A stretch of DNA of 64,000 bases from positions 2,112,001-2,176,000 of the forward strand of contig OY843592.1 in NCBI GenBank assembly GCA_963692865.2, in the 5' to 3' direction. The DNA is from a bacterium. GTDB lineage: Bacteria > UBA8248. A program made the translations under genes and the position numbers. Within the stretch, counting starts at the first letter, position 1. Each line of letters opens with the position of its first letter. The notes under the pieces are model-generated. The model had not been told where the DNA came from and made no database searches. It worked only from the letters and a program-made list of their open reading frames with translations. Below are positions 29,585 to 37,547 of the stretch, in pieces.

Positions 29585-30481
29585 TTACTCGTTGAGAATC
29601 AGAATAACCGTTCCGAGGAAAATGGTGCCTGCACCCGCCATGACGCGCCAGTTCATTCTCTCTTCCGATTGAAGAAAAGCCCATGATATCGCTATGGCGA
29701 ACAAAGGCCTTGATTGCGAGATGGGAAAAGCGTAGACGACGGGCGCATTCGCCAGCGCGAGATATAAGAAGGTGACGCCGAGGCTGGCTGAAAGCCCAGC
29801 CAGAACGAGAAACCCCCAGTTGCCGGGAGTCCAGTTCTTGATTTCACCGATTTTCCCTCTGCGAAAGAGAAAGGGCATAAAGGCCCCTACCGCGAAGATA
29901 TTGGAATAGAAGTTCGCCTCGTTCGGGGAGGTGAAAAACCCCACCGCCGGTCGCACAAGCACTGCGGCCGCTCCGAAAGCCAGCGCGCATCCGAGAGCCA
30001 ATCCCATTCCGACGTACGGATTTTTGCGGGATTCTCCCTTCTTCTGATTGGTGTGACTCCTGGCGATGAAGATATATCCGGCAAAAACCAGGAGGGCGCC
30101 GGTCCCGATATTGAACGTGAGCGCCTCTCCCAGAAAAGCGATGCCGAAGAATACGGCGAATATCAGATTCGTGGCGACAATGGTGCTCGTGCGCGCGGAG
30201 CCGATGTGTTGGGTGGCGGCAAAGAGCATGGTGCGGGCGAAGCAGACCCTGAAAATCCCCGCGATGGCGATGAAAGTAAGAGGCCAGCCGAAGCCCGGCC
30301 AGGGGTCTGAATAATCTCCTCTCAAAACAGAGACAATCCAGAGAACGGGCAGGCCGATGATGGCCGTGAACGCCGTGCCGGTGATGGGGTCTATGTCACG
30401 AACCGCGAAGCGACCGAAGATATCCCTTAGCGCAAGCAAAATTGCTGATATGAGCGCGTATACGGCGGCTGTCTCAAACAC
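29585..30481 (-). CDS. EamA/DMT family transporter
   Basis: About 10 hydrophobic segments in two repeats, FLGE motif; GTG start inferred. Confidence 0.85.
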   Translation of the reverse strand: MFETAAVYALISAILLALRDIFGRFAVRDIDPITGTAFTAIIGLPVLWIVSVLRGDYSDPWPGFGWPLTFIAIAGIFRVCFARTMLFAATQHIGSARTSTIVATNLIFAVFFGIAFLGEALTFNIGTGALLVFAGYIFIARSHTNQKKGESRKNPYVGMGLALGCALAFGAAAVLVRPAVGFFTSPNEANFYSNIFAVGAFMPFLFRRGKIGEIKNWTPGNWGFLVLAGLSASLGVTFLYLALANAPVVYAFPISQSRPLFAIAISWAFLQSEERMNWRVMAGAGTIFLGTVILILNE

Positions 30482-30537
30482 CCCCGCATTATAAGAAAAG
30501 TAAGTAGGCGCATCAAAGCGTTTTTGTGGCTTGAACG

Positions 30538-31512
30538 TTAAATACTTACCGCAGGGACAGGGTGCTGTGCGCGCTCGAGAATGAAATCGGCCATCAACGG
30601 CCAAGGGTCGAATCCGATCACATTCTGCGCATCGTCCACGAAATTGGAGAGCGCATTGATGTCGTAATAATATATTTCTCCATCCTTATCGCTGACCAGA
30701 TATTCGACGCCGCCGACTTCTATCCCGGCTGTTTGCATGATCTTCTCAACCGTCTCTATCACCTCTTGCGGGGGTGTGACCTTCTCAATCAATGCGTTCC
30801 TGCCGTTTACCCCGCATGCGACCTCTTCGTTGCGGCGGCAATAACTGCCAGGACAGAGATTGAAGGAATTCGGATCCACCAAAGCCAATTGAATCGCGTA
30901 AAGAAACTCACCGTTCAAAACTTCGACTCGGACAATTTGCTCTCCGCGCGGCGGGATGTATTCCTGAACGAGCGCCACACTGTCGATGCCGAAATCAATA
31001 CTCGCTGCATTCGCTGCTCGCTGGAGTTCTTCGGGCGTATCGTATTTTTGTATGCCAGCTCCACTCCCGCCGATGTTCGCCTTGGTGATGACGGGAAAGC
31101 TGAATCCCTCGGCTGCAGCCGGAGCCTGGGAGGGATGGTTTATCACCCGCGATTTCGGATGGTTGGCGCCCAAGTTCTTGAGCAGACGGGTTTGGCGTAC
31201 TTTTGAGAATTCATGAAGATAGGCTTCGTAGCCGTTGATAACGTTGGCGCCGATCGCCTTGAGATGCGCGCAATACTCGAGCGTGTAGGGAATCGCGTGG
31301 GTATGCCCACGCGCCCAGGCAGATGGACTCATGCGGTTTACAATCACAGAATAAGGCGATTGTGTTTCCGCGGGGTCGAAGCGGTGGTTGTGGGCTTCTA
31401 TTTTTTGATATGCGATATCCCGCCGGTCGAGTTCATCGAAAAGTTTTTTGAACCACTCGGGGTGTTCATAATAAATGGCGATCGGGCGGGCGGATCCGTT
31501 TTGGTCACTCAT
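30538..31512 (-). CDS. ATP-grasp ligase (RimK/glutathione synthetase-like)
   Basis: FPVITKANIGGSGAGI, LVQEYIP, YYYDINALSNF. Confidence 0.85.
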   Translation of the reverse strand: MSDQNGSARPIAIYYEHPEWFKKLFDELDRRDIAYQKIEAHNHRFDPAETQSPYSVIVNRMSPSAWARGHTHAIPYTLEYCAHLKAIGANVINGYEAYLHEFSKVRQTRLLKNLGANHPKSRVINHPSQAPAAAEGFSFPVITKANIGGSGAGIQKYDTPEELQRAANAASIDFGIDSVALVQEYIPPRGEQIVRVEVLNGEFLYAIQLALVDPNSFNLCPGSYCRRNEEVACGVNGRNALIEKVTPPQEVIETVEKIMQTAGIEVGGVEYLVSDKDGEIYYYDINALSNFVDDAQNVIGFDPWPLMADFILERAQHPVPAVSI

Positions 31513-31961
31513 GGGAGCGCATTCTCCTCGAATTTTAGGGTATCGAGCACTTGCTGGATTCGTTCGTCGACAATCTCGATCATCTTGGGATGAAAGCCGA
31601 GGTGCGGACCCAAAATGATGTCGATAGCCGGATATTTCCTCCTGCCTTCTTTAATGAAGACGGGCAAGTCTACGGCCACGTGGTTGCCCCTGAAGAGGAA
31701 ATAGGGAATGACGATGATTCTTTCGGTCCCTTCATCTACGCACGAATCGATTCCCTCGGGTATGGAGGGATGGCTGATCTCCAGAAACGCGGCCTTCAAA
31801 ATGCGATGCGGCCAAGCCTTTTGAAAATGCTCTACGACGCGGAAAAGCGCATCGTTGGCGTTTCGGGCGCGGCTGCCGTGCCCGACGAGCAAGACCGCCG
31901 TTTTTACCTGATCCCTGAGAGTCTCCTCCAGAAATTCCAATTGTTTTTCTAGGCCAGGCAT
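31509..31961 (-). CDS. Sirohydrochlorin chelatase (CbiX/SirB short form)
   Basis: VGHGSR, AFLE, PYFLF.GNH, HLG.HP. Confidence 0.9.
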   Translation of the reverse strand: MPGLEKQLEFLEETLRDQVKTAVLLVGHGSRARNANDALFRVVEHFQKAWPHRILKAAFLEISHPSIPEGIDSCVDEGTERIIVIPYFLFRGNHVAVDLPVFIKEGRRKYPAIDIILGPHLGFHPKMIEIVDERIQQVLDTLKFEENALP

Positions 31962-33754
31962 TCGCCTTCTCCTCTCTCCAGCACGTATTGCCTGTTCTGA
32001 CTCCAGTCGATGAACAGATCGGAATTGGGCTCACCATTGAATTGACCTGCAAGATGAAACTCTCCCAACAATTCTTCGAAGGAAGCGTTGCCCACGCGGC
32101 CCAAAAACTCATTGAAACGCTCGCCCTCGTTTCTGTGTTCCTGATAGTGAGACAACATCTTCTTGAGCGCAGTGGGAACGCGCTTTGCAGGAATCCGAAC
32201 CTGGATGCGCTTGCCGATACGGATCTCTCCATCAGTGGTTTCGTATTGCCCGCCGAGGAAAATTTCATAAGCCGGCAACATCGCGCCGTTCGCCCTGAGC
32301 GTTCCCCCGTGAAAGCCGATGTTCGCGATGTGATGCTGGCCGCATGAATTCGGGCAACCGCTCATCTTGATGTGCATCTCCCGCGTGAGCGGGTCCTGAT
32401 CGACCTCTTGGAGTGTTTCACGAATGGCGTTCGCCAGACCCATGGAGGAGGTGATGCCGAGCTTGCAAGAATCCGTTCCCGGGCAGGAGACCACGTCGGA
32501 TATCTCACGAGCGCCATTTTCGGCGAGTCCGATGCGCTGGAGTTCTTTCCAGAGAGGATAAAGTTCTCCTTCACGCACCCACCGGAGCACGAGGTTTTGC
32601 TCGAAGCTCGTTCTTGCGCGTCCTCTCGCGAATCGTCGGGCGAGGTCGGCCAGGGCGAAGAACTGATCTGTTTGGATATTCCCCAGTGGGAGTTTCACCT
32701 CGACAGCGAAATAGCCTTCTTGCTTCTGTGGGGAGACGTTCGTTTTTCTCCAGGCGTTATAATCGGCCGAGTCGCCATTCGGGCTCGCGCCCGCTCCGTT
32801 CAAGGTGTTCAAGACGGGTGGAGCGTCGGCTTCTTCATCGTCTTTCCAAAGATAGGGTTCGGGGTTCACGGGTTCTTTAGCCCAGTCTTTTTTGAGTTCC
32901 TCTTCGACGCGTTCGCGCAGTCCGTCTATTCCAATCCAACTCACGAGGAACTTGATGCGCGCCTTGAAGCGGGATTTCCTGAGTTCAGCGGCCTGATCGA
33001 ATACCCGAATAAGGGCTTCACTCACCCTGAGGAAATCGGACACAGGCACGAACTCGTAAAGCACCTCGGCTGTACGCGCGAAAGTGGCGAGTCCGCCCCC
33101 GACGAGCACCTTGAAGCCATGCACGGAAATCCCTTCCATCTCCTTGATGACCGGGATGAAACCGATGTCGTGAATTCCGCCGACCACGCAGTCCGAAGCG
33201 CAACTGGAGAACGCCACTTTGAATTTGCGCGGCAAATCCTGGGTAAAGTCCTTCCGAACGAAGTAACGCGCGAATGCGCCCGCGTAGGGGGTGGCGTCGA
33301 AAACCTGATCCTTGCAAACGCCCGCATAGGGACATCCCGTGACGTTTCTCACGCAATTTCCGCATGCTTCCCGCGTCGTAAGTCCCACTTCACCCAGAAG
33401 TCTCAAGACATCGGCTGCCTGGTCGAGAGGGACGAAGTGAAACTGCACGTTTTCCCGTGTCGTTACATGGCCTTTCCCCAGTGGGGCATAATCGCGAGAT
33501 ACGCGCCCGAGAGCTTCGAGTTGAGAAGCGCTCAGACCCCCAAAAGGCATTTTCACGCGCACCATCTGCACGTCCGCTTGGCGCTGGCCGTATACGCCGC
33601 GCCTTAAGCGGTAAGGGAGGAACTCGCCGTTATCGAGTTCACCCTTTCGGAATCTGGTGGCTTGTGTTTCAAAATCATCGAATTCTTCGGGAATCACCGG
33701 AATGACGCCCAATGTTTCCCGAGACAGTGGTTTTCGTGATTCTTCGTGCATCAC
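31949..33754 (-). CDS. Ferredoxin-dependent sulfite/nitrite reductase (siroheme-[4Fe-4S])
   Basis: GVYGQRQ, HVTTRENVQFH, LPRKFK, CPGTDSC and SGCPNSCGQH ligands. Confidence 0.92.
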   Translation of the reverse strand: MMHEESRKPLSRETLGVIPVIPEEFDDFETQATRFRKGELDNGEFLPYRLRRGVYGQRQADVQMVRVKMPFGGLSASQLEALGRVSRDYAPLGKGHVTTRENVQFHFVPLDQAADVLRLLGEVGLTTREACGNCVRNVTGCPYAGVCKDQVFDATPYAGAFARYFVRKDFTQDLPRKFKVAFSSCASDCVVGGIHDIGFIPVIKEMEGISVHGFKVLVGGGLATFARTAEVLYEFVPVSDFLRVSEALIRVFDQAAELRKSRFKARIKFLVSWIGIDGLRERVEEELKKDWAKEPVNPEPYLWKDDEEADAPPVLNTLNGAGASPNGDSADYNAWRKTNVSPQKQEGYFAVEVKLPLGNIQTDQFFALADLARRFARGRARTSFEQNLVLRWVREGELYPLWKELQRIGLAENGAREISDVVSCPGTDSCKLGITSSMGLANAIRETLQEVDQDPLTREMHIKMSGCPNSCGQHHIANIGFHGGTLRANGAMLPAYEIFLGGQYETTDGEIRIGKRIQVRIPAKRVPTALKKMLSHYQEHRNEGERFNEFLGRVGNASFEELLGEFHLAGQFNGEPNSDLFIDWSQNRQYVLERGEGECLA

Positions 33755-33823
33755 ATGCTCCTCATGTGAATTGTTCTATATACATATCGGATGATGAACA
33801 GGGGCCGGACCGAAACCCGGCAT

Positions 33824-34633
33824 TTACGAAATGACTTGGTTCAAGAATGCTTCCGGCAAACAGCGCCAGGAGATTTCCTGGCTCTCATCGGCCTCGAACC
33901 AGACGAGCTCTTCAAGATCGGCGACGGGGCCCACGAGAAAAACGGCGGGTGGGGATATTTCTTCGCGTTGTGCAAGGCTTGATGCTTCCGCCAAAAGGCA
34001 GCGGTAGGCTGATTGCCTGTTCGTGGTTCCGTTTTCAATGATGGCGGTGGGCGTGTCTTTCGCCATGCCGTTTTCGATAAGTGCGGCTGATATACGCCCA
34101 ATAGAGCGTGCGCCCATTAGAAATACAAGCGTTCCTCTGTCTTTCGCCAAATGCGCGTAGTTTACCTGTGTTTCCGGTTTGCTGGGGTCTTCGTGGGCCG
34201 TTACGACCGTGAACGATGAGGCGAGATTTCGGTGTGTGACGGGTATTCCTGCATAGGCGGGCACGGCCAATGCGGAACTGACGCCCGGTATGATCTCGAA
34301 TTGAACACCGGCTTCGACCAGAGCTTGCGCTTCTTCGCCCCCACGCCCGAATACGAAAGGGTCTCCGCCTTTCAGACGCACCACCTGAAAACCGCTAAGT
34401 GCGAAATGGACGAGAGATTCATTGATGTCGCCTTGGTTCATGGTATGGCGGCCGCTGGATTTTCCCGCATCAATGAATTGACAGCTTTCCGGACAAAGCG
34501 CAAGAATCTCGGGATTTACGAGGCGATCGTATATCACCACGTCCGCGTTTGATAAAGCTTTCGCCGCCTTGAGTGTGAGCAAGTCCGGGTCACCGGGGCC
34601 TGCACCCACGATCTGCACTTTTCCTTGATACAT
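33824..34633 (-). CDS. cobA: Uroporphyrinogen-III C-methyltransferase
   Basis: VGAGPGDPDLLT, RLKGGDPFVFGRGGEE, AGIPVTHR. Confidence 0.95.
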   Translation of the reverse strand: MYQGKVQIVGAGPGDPDLLTLKAAKALSNADVVIYDRLVNPEILALCPESCQFIDAGKSSGRHTMNQGDINESLVHFALSGFQVVRLKGGDPFVFGRGGEEAQALVEAGVQFEIIPGVSSALAVPAYAGIPVTHRNLASSFTVVTAHEDPSKPETQVNYAHLAKDRGTLVFLMGARSIGRISAALIENGMAKDTPTAIIENGTTNRQSAYRCLLAEASSLAQREEISPPAVFLVGPVADLEELVWFEADESQEISWRCLPEAFLNQVIS

Positions 34634-34807
34634 GAGATATTCCTGCCTTAAGAAATAGTTTTCCTTTTATTGTTAAGTAAATTACTTGACTATTTTGGAA
34701 AATATTCCGATTTCATACTTTTGTCAACCCGAAGCGGCGTATATTCTTGAGAAGTTTTGCTTTGGAATGATTTCAGGGTGTCCAACACTACAAAGAAGGT
34801 GCTGATC

Positions 34808-35407
34808 ATGAGTGAAAGCTCCAACCGTTTTGAAGATGCCTTGCGCCTCATCGATGAAGCGAATTCCGAGGATCCGAATACCGAGAAATTCGAGGGCGGG
34901 AACTACCCCAAAGAGCTTTTGTATTCGATGAGAATGACGAAATGGCTCGAAACCATAGAGCCCGACGCCTCAGAAGCCCTTCGTCTGGCGGTGCGGAGCC
35001 AACACATACGCCGGTGGGAAATTCCTCGCTCGAGTTATTCTCTGGATCGGAAGGGGTATCATCAATGGCGCACCCGCCTGTACGACTATCATGGGGAGAA
35101 GGCCGCCGAGATACTTGGGAAGGCGGGTTACGATGAGGAGACGATAGCCCGCGTGCGGATGCTGCTGAAAAAACAGGGTTTGAAGACCAACCCGGAAACC
35201 CGGACGCTCGAGGACGTCGCCTGCCTGGTGTTTCTGGAGAGCTATTTCTGGGATTTCTCACGCCTGCATGACGAGGAGAAAATCATCGACATCTTGCGGA
35301 AGACTTGGGCAAAAATGTCCCCGCGCGGGCAAGAAGCCGCCAGGGAGATTTCGCTGAACGCGGGCGCGGAGGCGCTGCTGAACCAGGCGCTCGCGCCTGA
35401 AAACTAG
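34808..35407 (+). CDS. DUF4202 domain protein
   Basis: IDEANSEDP, ELLYS.RM, QHIRRWEIPR, LEDVACLVFLE, KTWAKMS. Confidence 0.88.
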   Translation: MSESSNRFEDALRLIDEANSEDPNTEKFEGGNYPKELLYSMRMTKWLETIEPDASEALRLAVRSQHIRRWEIPRSSYSLDRKGYHQWRTRLYDYHGEKAAEILGKAGYDEETIARVRMLLKKQGLKTNPETRTLEDVACLVFLESYFWDFSRLHDEEKIIDILRKTWAKMSPRGQEAAREISLNAGAEALLNQALAPEN

Positions 35408-35516
35408 CGGAAAACGGCTGTTTTCAAGTAGCCCTGCGCTGCTTTTTCATCTGCTTTCTTGTGGTGTATGATTGGCGCGCAATGTTTCTTTTGGACTCAT
35501 TATCAGGGAGAAAATC

Positions 35517-36176
35517 ATGAACCTCACCATGTGGAACTGCTACGTCTGACCCTACGCCTACAGAGCCATGGAGTGGCTCGTTCGCCTTCAGGAGAAAAGA
35601 AGCGATCTGAAAGTGGACTACAAGGCCTTCGTGCTCGAGCAGGCGAATTTCGGCCCGGCGCGCGGCGAGGACTGGAGGGCCTGGGAGGACAAGACCTTCC
35701 CGAGCCGGGATCTCCCCCCGCATCAGGCGGCCAAGTGCGCGGCTCTTCAGGGCGAGACGCAGTTCGACAAGTACCACGTGGCGCTCCACCGGGCGAGGCA
35801 CAGGGACGGCAAGGACATCACCAGCGAACTGGTCCTGCGCGATATCGCCGTGGAAGTCGGCCTCGACGTCGCCCGCTGGGAGGAGGACATGAAGAGCGGC
35901 GCCACGATTCCCCTCATCGCGCAGGAGCATGAGGACGCGGCGGAGCAGGGCGTCTTCGGCGTTCCCACGCTCGATTTCGGGGAGGGCAAGCCCGTTTTCG
36001 TGAAGCTCGAAGAGGGCGACTGGGAGAACGAGGGCGACGAGCAGGGCCTCCTGGACGCCGTGCGGGCCACATCGGCCGAGCGGCCCTGGCTGCTGGAACT
36101 CAAGACGCCCGAATCCGCCAAGCGCAGTTCCGCCTCGGCGAAAAAGTACGAGAAATACGGCGTGAAGTCGAGGTAA
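35517..36176 (+). CDS. DsbA-like thioredoxin-fold selenoprotein (WNCYV-U-PYAY)
   Basis: ATG 35517 after GGGAG gives MNLTMWNCYV-TGA(35547-35549)-PYAYRAMEWL, in frame with the track ORF (GVFGVPTL). The TGA aligns with the Cys of the family CP motif. Confidence 0.85.
35563..35579 (+). promoter_or_regulatory. Putative bacterial SECIS hairpin
   Basis: GAGCCAT-GGA-GTGGCTC starting 13 nt after the UGA. Confidence 0.65.
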
Positions 36177-36203
36177 CCGCCGCAAACGAGAGGTTTCCGC
36201 CTC

Positions 36204-36557
36204 ATGAGCGCCATGAAAGACAAGGCCCACCCCGTCGACCTCACGGTGGACAAGCCCGCCCGCGAGTTTCGCGTCGAGTGGGCGAGCGGGGAGAAGAGCG
36301 CCTACGGCTTCGATTATCTGGCCGCTCTCTGCCCGTGCGCGAATTGCAAGGAGGAGCGCAAGGCGCGCGAGAAGAACCCCCTCGCCGTCCTCTCGGGGCC
36401 GAGTGGGCCGACTGAGCTTGAAAACGTGGAGATGGTGGGACGCTACGCCCTCAACTTCATCTGGCGGGGCGGGTGCGGCGCCGGCATCTATTCGTTCGAT
36501 TATCTCTACGAAATCGCCCCCGGGCGCGCCGAAAGTTCAGGGGAAGGAGAGGGCTGA
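36204..36557 (+). CDS. DUF971 (gamma-butyrobetaine hydroxylase N-terminal-like) protein
   Basis: LCPCANC, VGRYAL...W, GIYSFDYL. Confidence 0.88.
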   Translation: MSAMKDKAHPVDLTVDKPAREFRVEWASGEKSAYGFDYLAALCPCANCKEERKAREKNPLAVLSGPSGPTELENVEMVGRYALNFIWRGGCGAGIYSFDYLYEIAPGRAESSGEGEG

Positions 36558-36560
36558 ACC

Positions 36561-36704
36561 TTGGAGACCGATGCGCCGAAGCCGATGGATGAAAAGCATG
36601 AAACCCCGCCGGCGCAGGCCGCCTGCCCCACGTGAGTGAGCGGGTGGTTCCACGCCGTGGCGCGGGTTTTGGGCTGGATGAAGAGGAAGGTTCTGAAACC
36701 CTGA
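36561..36704 (+). CDS. Putative micro-selenoprotein with CPTU (CxxU) motif
   Basis: GAAGGAG RBS then TTG 36561 (or ATG 36585): METDAPKPMDEKHETPPAQAACPT-TGA(36633-36635)-VSGWFHAVARVLGWMKRKVLKP-TGA; hairpin CCACGC-CGTG-GCGCGG at 36650-36665. Confidence 0.55.
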
Positions 36705-36707
36705 AAC

Positions 36708-37070
36708 CTAGCGGTTGATGAGCAGGTTGGCGCCCGCGGCTATCACCGCCACGCCCACGATTCTCTTGAGCGTCAGCGCCGGGAAGTTCTGGAGCAGATG
36801 GGCCCCGACGGCGCCGCCGACGATGGCCCCGACGCTCAGGTACGCCGCATGGTTCCAGACGATGAGCCCGCCCCGCAAGTTCTCGAACGAGGCGACCAGC
36901 GAGTTGAACAGGTAGGCGAGAATCGAGACCGCCACCGCCTGCTGCGGCGTGAGCGCGGGGATGAGGAACAGCGTCGGCACCACGATGATGCCCCAGCCCA
37001 CGCCGGTGGCCGCGTTCAAGGTGCCCGCGATGGCGCCCAGAATCAAAAGTCCCGCCCCCATCCAGTCCAA
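36708..37070 (-). CDS. Half-length TauE/SafE (TSUP) family membrane protein
   Basis: GAIAGTLNAATGVGWGIIVVP, AVAVS, GAIVGGAVGA; AAGGAGG RBS before TTG 37070. Confidence 0.78.
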   Translation of the reverse strand: MDWMGAGLLILGAIAGTLNAATGVGWGIIVVPTLFLIPALTPQQAVAVSILAYLFNSLVASFENLRGGLIVWNHAAYLSVGAIVGGAVGAHLLQNFPALTLKRIVGVAVIAAGANLLINR

Positions 37071-37547
37071 AACAGCCTCCTTTTCAGATAACGCCTTTAT
37101 TTTCAATCAGTTGAATTTTCAGAAATTTATCGAAAAACGTCGTGAATTTATACATATTTATCCAATTTTTCAGGAATTCCGCTGGGCTGCCTGGCGCTCG
37201 CGGGCTTCGCCCGGAACCCCCCGCCGGGCGCTTCCTCGTCCGCTCCTGACGCCTTCCCGAGAGCGCCGCCGCGGAAACCCCTCTCCGGAACGCCCGGCGC
37301 GGATGCTCCCCGCGGGCGTCCTCGTATTCTCGCCGCTTCGCCTCATCACCCGTCCTCCCGATGCTCTCCCGAAAACGCCCCCGCCCGCAAGCCCGGAACC
37401 CGGCCCGGACGGCGGGCCCCGGCAGACAGGGTAGCGAACCCCGCCCCCCGCGCCAAACGCGCAAATGCGGGGAAATGCGCGGGCGGTGGGGCCGAGCCCC
37501 GGCGATGGGCGAGCGTTTACCAGAGGGGAAGAGGAGGAATCCGTCAT

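Noticed and set aside
34660-34730. Rrf2-type operator upstream of cobA
   Set aside because: AT-rich with TTGACTA, but the palindrome is too weak to support a call.
8491-36704. Genome-wide UGA reassignment (Trp/Gly) as explanation of the in-frame TGAs
   Set aside because: Many genes end correctly at TGA (e.g. 2104-2106, 22774-22776, 58197-58199), Trp is TGG, and the internal TGAs fall only at Cys-type positions.
37170-37545. Cobalamin riboswitch or RNase P RNA
   Set aside because: GGGAAG and GCCAGG occur on the minus strand, but GCCACTG, the B12 box context and GAGGAAAGTCC are absent.
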